DNA of 21,419 bases from Candidatus Acetothermia bacterium (lineage in GTDB: Bacteria > Bipolaricaulota > Bipolaricaulia > M55B111). Positions 8,844 through 16,382 of the stretch are shown piece by piece. The notes below the pieces were generated by a model, which searched no databases, had not been told where the DNA came from, and saw nothing but the letters and a program-made list of their open reading frames with translations. Both the position numbers and the translations under genes were made by a program. Each line of letters starts with the position of its first letter. The first letter of the stretch is position 1. The stretch covers positions 1 to 21,419 of the forward strand of contig JBKGZT010000023.1 in NCBI GenBank assembly GCA_046543235.1. Reading direction: 5' to 3'.

Positions 8844-10214
8844 CTATTCAACCACCTCCGGATGAGAACTTTCCCCTGCCAGCAGATAGGTAAAATCGGA
8901 AATCCTGGCAACCGTCCCGAACTCTTTCACCAGTTCCGACACCCTTTCTTTTTCTTCTTTCTCGAGGAATGGGTCCACCATTCGATCGAACTTTTCCGCG
9001 ATATTTTCCAAAGAGGCAACCCGGCCAGGTTCCGAGGTCACAATTCCCGATTCGAATGTCCTATCATCAACCGTCTCAATGATTACCTCGGCCGGCCACG
9101 CCGACGTCTCGCCTTCCTCCCTGGAGAGCGACCTGTTCAACTTTTCCATCTTCTCGGACTTAACTATCTCTATTCTCTCCGCCATAGCTCTCAGCTCAGG
9201 ATCACCAAATCTTTCCTCCGACATACCGCTGATTGAAACTTCTCCATCGACGAGGGCGACCGCCAAAGGCCATTTTACGTTAAACTGAGCCTCCTCTTCG
9301 CTGGTGGGGATCTCCTGAGGTAAAGCGGTCATCTCGGAGAATCCCCGAACTTCCATCCTCCATATTTCCTCCTTCCCTATATCGTGAGCGTCCAGGAGCC
9401 CCAGGGCCGCCTTTATCGGTGGATGTGACCAGCTACAGGACGGGATTTCCTTAAACTCTACACCGTCCTCCTCCCCCATAACGTAATGACTTCCCAGGTT
9501 TTTGAACCAGGTATTACAGTCTTCGGTTTCGAAGGAAGTCCCCGAAGCCGTGAAACCTTCCTCGGCCCATTCGGCCGCGATAATTCCCGTCATCGCCCCC
9601 CAGCCCGTTCCATGCTTGACCATAGAGGGGTTCTCCACCGCCCTCATCATAGGTAAATAGGGCGAATTATAGTCCGCAATGCCCAGAGCGTTGCGAATCT
9701 CTTCTCCCTCCAGACCGATTAAATTAGCCGATGCAGCGGCACAGGCAATCGACCCCCAGGAACCACAGGACCGGTATTCGTCGAACCTCTCGTGCCAGCA
9801 TCGCCCAACCCGGTGAGCAGTCTCGTAACCTGCCGCTATGGCGGCTAGGACTTCCTTGCCAGAGGAACTTTGGCTTTCGCCGAGTGCCAGGACCGTCGGG
9901 ATTATCTGAGCTCCCGGATGACCTCTGGTATACTTTCCACCATCATCTATGTCGAGCGCGTTAGCCATGTACCCGTTCGCCAGGGCGGCACCAACTGGAG
10001 CAGTCCGGCCCTTCATAATAACCGTGGCGTCTCCTTTTCCCCAGGATCTCATGGCGAAGTCAGACACGATCTCCCCTGACCGACTGTTACTACCCGCTAT
10101 AGCCGCACCCAGCGCATCAAGAAGGCAGGTTTTCGTTTTTCGCTTCACTTCCTTCGGTAAATCGTTCCAGGTCAGATTTCCCAGAAAGGACACGAGGTAA
10201 TCGATCGCGTTCAT
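8844..10214 (-). CDS. MmgE/PrpD family protein
   Basis: 456 aa. Family pattern LLDALGAAIAG, AALANG..ANALDIDD, GHPG, GKEVLAAIAAGYE, K..PSC...H, EAQFN..W.LAVALVDG, EKF. The start overlaps the upstream stop (ATGA). Confidence 0.88.
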   Translation of the reverse strand: MNAIDYLVSFLGNLTWNDLPKEVKRKTKTCLLDALGAAIAGSNSRSGEIVSDFAMRSWGKGDATVIMKGRTAPVGAALANGYMANALDIDDGGKYTRGHPGAQIIPTVLALGESQSSSGKEVLAAIAAGYETAHRVGRCWHERFDEYRSCGSWGSIACAAASANLIGLEGEEIRNALGIADYNSPYLPMMRAVENPSMVKHGTGWGAMTGIIAAEWAEEGFTASGTSFETEDCNTWFKNLGSHYVMGEEDGVEFKEIPSCSWSHPPIKAALGLLDAHDIGKEEIWRMEVRGFSEMTALPQEIPTSEEEAQFNVKWPLAVALVDGEVSISGMSEERFGDPELRAMAERIEIVKSEKMEKLNRSLSREEGETSAWPAEVIIETVDDRTFESGIVTSEPGRVASLENIAEKFDRMVDPFLEKEEKERVSELVKEFGTVARISDFTYLLAGESSHPEVVE

Positions 10215-11314
10215 CCGAAGTATACCTCCCGTTCTTCCATATTATCCGCCACTGGGTCCAGTGGATAGGATCCCCGAGTCCTTGCAGTTTCTATCATGGC
10301 TTTAACGTTGGCGGGCGGCGTTTCGGGAGCGAGAGAACAGTTACCCGCCAGAACGTAGCTTCCACCCCCCGCTCCGGCGGCTATGCTCGCCCTGGAGGCC
10401 TCCCTAACCTCTCTCGGTCCGCCATTAAGCAAAAGGTCCGTCGTCGATAACCGCCCCATAATTGTGGCTTCGGAGTAAATGGTCCTAATTTCATCTAGTC
10501 CAAGCTTACCTACGCCGTCGACGTGGTAGATGTCGGCGCCGGCCTCAACCGCCAGGTCAAACCGATCGCCCCATTCACCACAGGTATGGAAAAGCACTTT
10601 TGCCCCGGTATTCTCGTGTATTCTTCCAATTACCTCCTCCTCGGAAGGGAGAACCAGCTCCCGATACTTCGACCTGGACAACATGGAACTACTGGCAAAG
10701 GGATCGGTAAAACCGAGTATATCGGCTCCCGCCCCCACGACCAGTTCGGCGTACTCATAAACCTTTTCCGTCATCAGTTGAAGGAAATCCTCAAGAAAGG
10801 AGGTATTCTTGACCACCATTTGGAATACTTTCTCAACCCCGCTGAGTAGACACGCCTCCCGGAACGGGGCGGATATGGCCACGATAAGTGGAACGTCGGG
10901 GCCAAGTTCCCGGCCCAGTCTTTCGTTAACCCCGAGAGTAAACGGGACGTAATCTCCCTCGAGCACGTCTCTCGAGTAGAGTCCATCCAGGTCTATATCC
11001 TCGGTCTTTCCGGTTAATCCCGGTTTCGTCATGCTCGGGGACTCGTCTTGGCCGACAACCAATTCGGCCCCGAGTGCCTCGGCAATCATTCCCGGTCCTC
11101 CAAGTCCAGTCACCCCGTCATATTTGAACTCCTCTAGCCCGGCTATCTGGGCTTCGATGAACTTGTCTCCGTCCTCCATCACCTCGCCGTAACTATATCC
11201 CGCCTGACGTATCTGGAAGTGATTGGAGTAAGTCAATACCGGTACTCTGTCCGGTTTTTCCGATCCAATAGCGGCATATAGTCTGTCCTTGGATCTGAGT
11301 TGGGGTTCACCCAT
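10211..11314 (-). CDS. UroD/MtaA/CmuA-family protein, probable Zn-dependent corrinoid methyltransferase
   Basis: About 367 aa. KPDRVPV N-terminus, AEALGA, AGAD...DPFAS, and Zn-ligand-type motifs FHTCG and C-terminal AGNC..ETPPANV. Second of two tandem ATGs chosen from SD GGAGG spacing (alternative start 11317). Confidence 0.82.
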   Translation of the reverse strand: MGEPQLRSKDRLYAAIGSEKPDRVPVLTYSNHFQIRQAGYSYGEVMEDGDKFIEAQIAGLEEFKYDGVTGLGGPGMIAEALGAELVVGQDESPSMTKPGLTGKTEDIDLDGLYSRDVLEGDYVPFTLGVNERLGRELGPDVPLIVAISAPFREACLLSGVEKVFQMVVKNTSFLEDFLQLMTEKVYEYAELVVGAGADILGFTDPFASSSMLSRSKYRELVLPSEEEVIGRIHENTGAKVLFHTCGEWGDRFDLAVEAGADIYHVDGVGKLGLDEIRTIYSEATIMGRLSTTDLLLNGGPREVREASRASIAAGAGGGSYVLAGNCSLAPETPPANVKAMIETARTRGSYPLDPVADNMEEREVYFG

Positions 11315-11355
11315 CATGTCCTCCGATATTCCCGGGTTAGGGCCAGAAGCCCGCC

Positions 11356-12759
11356 TCAGTCTAGTTTCGCTTTACTTCGTTCTAATATCTCGTCCATGGT
11401 CCGGACCGCCTCGTCCGGGAGTGGCCGAGCTTCGTGCTCGCCGATGACCTTTCTGGCTTTTTCACGGGCTCTCTCACGAAGATCCTTACCACCGGACTCC
11501 ATCCAGCCATCGTAGCTTTTCCTATCCAGCAATTCGGGCTGGTAGAGAGTCTTGTATGTGTCGAGGGTAGACTCGTCGGTCAGGAAGCGCCCTCCGGGCT
11601 CGACCCTCTTTAGGGCATCTATGGCTAGACGGTCCTCATCCAGATCGATCCCGTCCTGGAGCCTCCGAACGTAACCGACTATTTCGTTTCCGATCACTAC
11701 GGATTCCAGAGATCCTGTCTGACCGGACTCAAGGTAGCCTACATCGTGGATCAGGTCCGCTTCGCTGCGGGCCATCTCTGCAATGGATATCGAAGCTTCC
11801 ATCGCCTGCTGACCGTCTATCAACTTCGAATCACTAAACCCGGCTTCGCTGAAAACCGGCATACCCAGGTACTTGCTAACTTCGCTAAGAGCCTTATCTA
11901 TCAGGAGAGCTGCTGGCAGGCCATAGGAGGCCCCTGCGGTCTTCATATCCATCGGTGACGCGGCTCCACCAATTATTACCGGAGCTCCTGGCCGCTTGAG
12001 CTGGGATATCACGACTCCACTCAGCTCCTCCGCCAGAGACATGACCACCGTACCAGCCGGTGTCGCAGGGCTCGAAGCCCCGGGAAGCGTTCCGGAAGTA
12101 TAGGTAGCAGGGACTCCATATTCGGCGGACAGCAACAGGCGACCGAGAGCATCTTCACTTCCAACGAGCGGGCTGGTAGGTTCCGTATATTGAACGAAGA
12201 ACGGCTTTTCCTCCAGCTCCTTTCTACCGCCGGCAACCGCCGTAGCCATTTCGAATAGTTCCACGGTATTCCTGTTGTCGGCCGACGTAAAGACGAACGG
12301 TTTGCTGTTGTTGACCGTCATGGTTCTGAACTGGTAGAGGTCGGCCAGCCTGGTCGGAACGTCCTGGGGTAGAGCCATGCTCATCAGAAAGTCCATGTTT
12401 GGCAGAGCATCCACGAGCAGGCTGAAGTTTTTCACGTCCGAAAGCTTGCTTTGCCTCCTTTCTCCCGTTTCCAGGTCGACCGTGCTGGGGTTATCCGAAC
12501 CGGGACCAAAGTAGTTCTCATCGCTTCCCAGTTCGAGAGCGAGTTCTCCATCTCGATCGTAGATCGGCACGTACTTCGGAGCCTCCTGTAGGGCATCCTC
12601 TACTTGATAAGGTCTCAACTTTACTCTCTGATCAGATATACTGGCACCTGCTCCGTCCAGGAGTTCCAGGGCCTCTCCGTGCCTTATCTCAACCCCGACC
12701 TCACCGAGTACCTGCAAGGCCTTGTGGTAAAATTTTCGTCTCTCCGCTTCAATTAACAT
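11356..12759 (-). CDS. Trimethylamine methyltransferase (MttB) superfamily protein, non-pyrrolysine type
   Basis: 467 aa. HKALQVLGEVGV, SPL, GASSPATPAG, AEELSG..ISQL.RPGAP, MDMK, SDSK..D.Q, HDVGYLESG, V.PGG.FL. No in-frame TAG. SD AGGAG. Confidence 0.92.
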   Translation of the reverse strand: MLIEAERRKFYHKALQVLGEVGVEIRHGEALELLDGAGASISDQRVKLRPYQVEDALQEAPKYVPIYDRDGELALELGSDENYFGPGSDNPSTVDLETGERRQSKLSDVKNFSLLVDALPNMDFLMSMALPQDVPTRLADLYQFRTMTVNNSKPFVFTSADNRNTVELFEMATAVAGGRKELEEKPFFVQYTEPTSPLVGSEDALGRLLLSAEYGVPATYTSGTLPGASSPATPAGTVVMSLAEELSGVVISQLKRPGAPVIIGGAASPMDMKTAGASYGLPAALLIDKALSEVSKYLGMPVFSEAGFSDSKLIDGQQAMEASISIAEMARSEADLIHDVGYLESGQTGSLESVVIGNEIVGYVRRLQDGIDLDEDRLAIDALKRVEPGGRFLTDESTLDTYKTLYQPELLDRKSYDGWMESGGKDLRERAREKARKVIGEHEARPLPDEAVRTMDEILERSKAKLD

Positions 12760-12925
12760 TACTTTTTTCTCCTTTTTGGTTTTTGGTTTTTCAGAACTTA
12801 ATTCTTTCCCAAAACAAAACTCACTAATGTGGTCGGGGCCGCATTCGCTTTACCGAACACCAGCGAGAGAATTTGAGAAACCCGGGTCTTTAAACCGGAA
12901 AGCCCTCCTCGTCCTCTTGCCGGAT

Positions 12926-13630
12926 TTAAGCGTATTTTTCGAAATGATCCTTCAACCTCCTTCTCGCGAGAGCCGGGTTTCCCTCACGCATGGCGGCGTA
13001 TATACCCCTATGTACTCCATAGGATTCCAGGAGATAGTCCCTCTGATCCGGCAGGTATTGTTTTCTCTCGAGCTTTCGCCATACTCTCCGGTTCATTACA
13101 TCCTGGAAGTTCTTCATCGCCTCCTCGATTACTTCGTTTTTTGCCGCTTTCGCTATACCAAAATGAAACCGTTTGTGATATTCAAGAAAACGCTCGTACT
13201 CATCAGCGTTTGCGGCTGATTTCATCTCTTCCAGTAAGTTCCCGAGCTGACGCTCGTCCCGGAGTGAAAATTTCCTCGCGGCGATCTCAACCACACCGAC
13301 TTCGAAGGCCGATCTCGCCTCCTGTAGCTTAAGCGGCTTCGGGTTCTCAGCCAGGATATTTAAAATCCGCTCTTTGAGGTCGTCCTCTGTCGGGACGTTT
13401 TCCACGAAAGTTCCCTTTCCCGCTTCAGTTCTAATGATCCCCCCGAGCCTAAGTGCGGAAAGAGCTTCCCTGACCGACGCCCTGCTCACACCCGTCTTCT
13501 CCGCCAGTTCCTCTTCCGTCGGAAGCCTATCCCCCTTCTCGAAGTCACCCTCCCTGATTGCTTCCAGAAGCTGCTTCGCCACATGAAGAGGCTTCTGGCT
13601 TTCCTCCAGTTTCTCGAATTTATAACTCAT
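12926..13630 (-). CDS. GntR-family transcriptional regulator, FadR subfamily (FCD domain)
   Basis: 234 aa. wHTH GDRLPTEEELAEKTGVSRASVREAL..L...G....GKGTFV. FCD motifs EAR..E, FH..IA.AA.N, H..IY.A...G, H. Confidence 0.94.
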   Translation of the reverse strand: MSYKFEKLEESQKPLHVAKQLLEAIREGDFEKGDRLPTEEELAEKTGVSRASVREALSALRLGGIIRTEAGKGTFVENVPTEDDLKERILNILAENPKPLKLQEARSAFEVGVVEIAARKFSLRDERQLGNLLEEMKSAANADEYERFLEYHKRFHFGIAKAAKNEVIEEAMKNFQDVMNRRVWRKLERKQYLPDQRDYLLESYGVHRGIYAAMREGNPALARRRLKDHFEKYA

Positions 13631-13659
13631 ATCCGACTCCCATCAGCTCATTTATCATA

Positions 13660-13680
13660 TGTCAGACAGGTTAAAATATA
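13660..13680 (-). promoter_or_regulatory. Putative gntR -10 box with adjacent FadR-type palindromic operator
   Basis: Minus-strand TATATT at 13675-13680. Palindrome TGTC-N-GACA at 13660-13668, at the expected start site. The -35 element is poor. Confidence 0.55.
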
Positions 13681-13700
13681 AAGAAAACCCCCTCCGGGGG
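13673..13700 (-). terminator. Putative intrinsic terminator of the amino-acid ABC cassette
   Basis: Minus strand CCCCC-GGA-GGGGG followed by TTTTCTTTATATTTT, 13 nt after the stop at 13714. The stem is short. Confidence 0.55.
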
Positions 13701-13713
13701 AAAAGCAAGTCAT

Positions 13714-14394
13714 TTACTCGCCAGTTTCGAGGCCGGGAATTTTTACCCTTTCTTCGACGATATCCAGTATTTTCGTAAAAGCGGTAACGATGATTATATA
13801 GATGAAAGCAACTATTATGAATACCTCGAGATACCGGAAATTCCTGGCCGCTATTATCTTGGCCTTTGCCATTAACTCCGGTGCCCCCACCGTAAAAGCG
13901 AGGGAAGTATACTTCAACATATATATCAATTCGTTCGACCAGGATGGAATAGCAAGCCGGAGCGCCTGAGGCAGGATTATGCTCTTTATAGCGCCGACCC
14001 TGCTCATTCCGATTGACCTCGCAGCAGTCATCTGCCCGGAGCTCACGGACTGTATCGCCCCGCGGAAGTACTCGGCCTGGTAGGCGGACGTGTTTAATCC
14101 AAGAGCAATTCCCGCTGCCAGCAGGGGATTAAGCAGGATACCCACGTCGGGCAAGCCGTAATATATTATGAACAGCTGTACCAGGAGCGGCGTCCCCCTT
14201 ACCATCTCGACGAAAGCCGTGGTAAGCCCGTACACCAGCTTGTTTCCGTAGACCCTGCCCAGCGACAGGGCCAGCCCAACCAAGAAACCGGAGGTTATAC
14301 AGATAGCCGTAAGCTCCAAGGTGACGGCTGTACCTTCGAGCAACTTGGGACCGATATCCCAAGCAAGGCGAAAGAAATCTATAAAGGCCGACAT
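13714..14394 (-). CDS. Polar amino-acid ABC transporter permease (HisM/GlnP family)
   Basis: 226 aa. RGTPLLVQLF, SAYQAEYFRGAIQSV..GQM.AARSIGMS, ILPQA, K.TSL. Confidence 0.95.
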   Translation of the reverse strand: MSAFIDFFRLAWDIGPKLLEGTAVTLELTAICITSGFLVGLALSLGRVYGNKLVYGLTTAFVEMVRGTPLLVQLFIIYYGLPDVGILLNPLLAAGIALGLNTSAYQAEYFRGAIQSVSSGQMTAARSIGMSRVGAIKSIILPQALRLAIPSWSNELIYMLKYTSLAFTVGAPELMAKAKIIAARNFRYLEVFIIVAFIYIIIVTAFTKILDIVEERVKIPGLETGE

Positions 14395-14430
14395 TTTAAC
14401 TCCTTTTCAGAACGGGTCATGGCCACCGGA

Positions 14431-15087
14431 TTAATTCCGGCGCTCTAACCCAGGTACCCATAACTTTTCTTCCAGTCGGTACAGGAGTACGTTACCTGCC
14501 CTGGTCAAGAAGAAGTATATCAGTGCAACTATTGCGTAAATCAGCAGTGCGTTTCCGTACGTGTAAGAGATGATATACCGCGAACGTCGCATGATTTCCA
14601 CCACGCCGACCACGTAAGCCAGAGAGGTATCCTTGGTCTCCGAGGCGTACTCGTTCGACCACGGTCCGATCGCGAGCCGGACCGCCTGTGGCAGCACCAC
14701 GTACCAGATTCCCTGCAGCCTGTTCATACCCATGGACCGAGCTGCCATCATCTGCCCCGACTTGATCGATTGGATCGCTCCCCGAAATATCTGCGACTGG
14801 TAGGCCGAAGACCTTAACCCGAGGGCGATAATCGAAATAATCAGGGGCGGTAGATCCAGCGCATAGTAAGAAAGGAAAAGGAGCACAAGCGCAGGGATTG
14901 CCCGCAGTCCCCGCTGGATCAGTACAGCTATCGTCGAAAGTATCCTATTACCATAGACCTCCACCACGGATAGCAGGACCCCACCGATCAGACCGACGGA
15001 TAGCAATCCAATCAGAAGCTGGATCGTTATGAGAAGCCCCTTAAAAAGATACGGCGCTTCACCTACCAGCACCGACCATATTTCCAT
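14431..15087 (-). CDS. Polar amino-acid ABC transporter permease (HisQ/GlnP family)
   Basis: 218 aa. RAIPALV, SAYQSQIFRGAIQSIKSGQMMAARSMGM, VLPQA, KDTSL. Confidence 0.94.
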   Translation of the reverse strand: MEIWSVLVGEAPYLFKGLLITIQLLIGLLSVGLIGGVLLSVVEVYGNRILSTIAVLIQRGLRAIPALVLLFLSYYALDLPPLIISIIALGLRSSAYQSQIFRGAIQSIKSGQMMAARSMGMNRLQGIWYVVLPQAVRLAIGPWSNEYASETKDTSLAYVVGVVEIMRRSRYIISYTYGNALLIYAIVALIYFFLTRAGNVLLYRLEEKLWVPGLERRN

Positions 15088-15110
15088 TGTCTCACCGTTT
15101 TATAAAATAG

Positions 15111-15144
15111 TAACAGGAAGGGCAAACCAGAGCCCTTCCTGCTA
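15111..15144 (-). terminator. Intercistronic stem-loop (stabiliser or leaky terminator) after the amino-acid binding-protein gene
   Basis: Perfect 10-bp inverted repeat CAGGAAGGGC (15114-15123) / GCCCTTCCTG (15132-15141). It extends to 13 bp with one G-U pair on the minus strand and is followed by CTATTTT. Confidence 0.62.
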
Positions 15145-15166
15145 ATTCATTTCGAGAATTTACCCG

Positions 15167-15991
15167 TTATTCACAGGTCAACTCTCTGTCCATCGGTATC
15201 TTCGCCGGAGGTGCGTAACCGTATTCTGCCAGGTACTTGTTGAATATCTCCATCCATGTGCCCGATTCGAATACCTTTTCCATGCCTTCGTTTATCTCGG
15301 GTAGTAGATTATACGGGTCTCCTTCCGTTACGGCGTACGCGTACTGCTCTCCCGTGGAAACAGTGCCGATTATCTTTACGTTCCTCCCTTCCTTGACGAA
15401 GTTCTTGGCCGTAGTCGTATCGGCCAGAACCGTATCCAATCTGCCTGTGGTCAGGTCCTCCACGGCCATGACGTAGTCTTCATAGGCACTCAGATTTACA
15501 TCGACCCCTTTGTCGTCGAGTTCGTCCTGGACCCACATGTAGCCGGTCGTACCACTCTGAGCACCTACTTTGTTGCCCTCTGACATTGCAGTAATTGCGT
15601 TTAGATCCGACCCCTCATCAACCAGGATTGCCTGATTTACGGACCAGTAGGGGCGGGAGTAGTCGATCTGTTCGTCCCGTTCACAGGTTATGGATAAACC
15701 GCTGACGAGAATGTCTATTTTGCCGGATCCAAGCGCGGATACGATAGTTTCCCAGGGCATGTCGATGATCTCGATATCCAGGTCCTGTTCCTCAGCAATT
15801 GCCCTGATAACTTCTACGTCAAATCCTTGATATTCTCCCTTTTCGACGTAGGTCCACGGGGGGAAGTTCGCGTCAACTCCAACCCTATAAACGTCCTCCT
15901 CCTGTCCCTGAACGCCTAACCCAACAAACAGAGAGGCCAGAAGAACCACCGCCAACCCGATTCCGAGTCCACCCTTCAGATTAACCTCCAT
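15167..15991 (-). CDS. Polar amino-acid ABC substrate-binding protein (family 3)
   Basis: 274 aa from ATG 15991 with strong SD GAGGAGG; the longer ORF-track start is unlikely. Sec-type signal peptide, VGVDANFPPW, GFDVEV, LGSGKID, IDYSRPY, VGAQSGTTG. Confidence 0.93.
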   Translation of the reverse strand: MEVNLKGGLGIGLAVVLLASLFVGLGVQGQEEDVYRVGVDANFPPWTYVEKGEYQGFDVEVIRAIAEEQDLDIEIIDMPWETIVSALGSGKIDILVSGLSITCERDEQIDYSRPYWSVNQAILVDEGSDLNAITAMSEGNKVGAQSGTTGYMWVQDELDDKGVDVNLSAYEDYVMAVEDLTTGRLDTVLADTTTAKNFVKEGRNVKIIGTVSTGEQYAYAVTEGDPYNLLPEINEGMEKVFESGTWMEIFNKYLAEYGYAPPAKIPMDRELTCE

Positions 15992-16133
15992 TTTTACCTC
16001 CTCATTTTGGTAAAACGCTAAAAAGCAAACGACCGTCGCACGCCCTGAACCAAAAACGATAGCCTCAACGCCCAACCGGTACCAGAAACTCCCGACAATT
16101 CACCATTTTAAAAGCTCCATTGCTGACTACATT

Positions 16134-16162
16134 AGTTTAAGAGTTAATTAGAATAAACTCAA
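16134..16162 (-). promoter_or_regulatory. Putative sigma70-type promoter for the amino-acid ABC cassette
   Basis: Minus strand TTGAGT (16157-16162), 17 nt, TAAACT (16134-16139), preceded by an AT-rich UP-like tract. Confidence 0.5.
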
Positions 16163-16382
16163 ATTTATTTTAAAATTCCAAACTTTTAACCTCATTCAGT
16201 GACGATTTTAAAATCCCGTCGTTTGTATGAAGCCAGTCTCAACCTATGGCTTTAGCCGTCGCCCGCGTAATCGGATATCCAAAAAGGGGGACCAACGGCT
16301 TCACGGACCGGACCGTGGTGAAACGAGTAAGCTGAAAATACCAGCAGGGAATTGAGTTTTCGAACGAAGGTTGCAGTATTTT

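Noticed and set aside
8844-10214. Assigning the symbol prpD
   Set aside because: Family membership is clear, but the motifs diverge and no prpB/prpC context is present.
10211-11317. Calling this gene hemE because it contains RQAG
   Set aside because: It lacks the PVW.MRQAGR context and second Arg of true UroD, and carries HxC...C Zn ligands typical of the methyltransferase branch.
11356-12759. Pyrrolysine (TAG) readthrough in MttB
   Set aside because: The ORF is continuous, the Pyl-equivalent codon is GCT, and no pyl genes or tRNA-Pyl are in the window.
12760-12925. Cobalamin riboswitch upstream of mttB (minus strand GCGGCCCCG...GGGAA)
   Set aside because: Only fragments resemble the consensus; the ACTGT, GCCACTG and AGYCAGRAGACC elements are missing. 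An Rfam cmscan would settle it.
1743-15476. Numerous plus-strand ORFs (e.g. 7466..8155, 8772..9236, 12776..13219) and short alternative-frame minus ORFs
   Set aside because: They overlap well-supported minus-strand genes and have atypical composition with no motifs.
16301-16333. Hammerhead-like string: hairpin CACGG/CCGTG followed by GAAACGAGTAAGCT
   Set aside because: No CUGANGA core upstream of the stem and no stem III closure or cleavage triplet, so it is probably coincidental.
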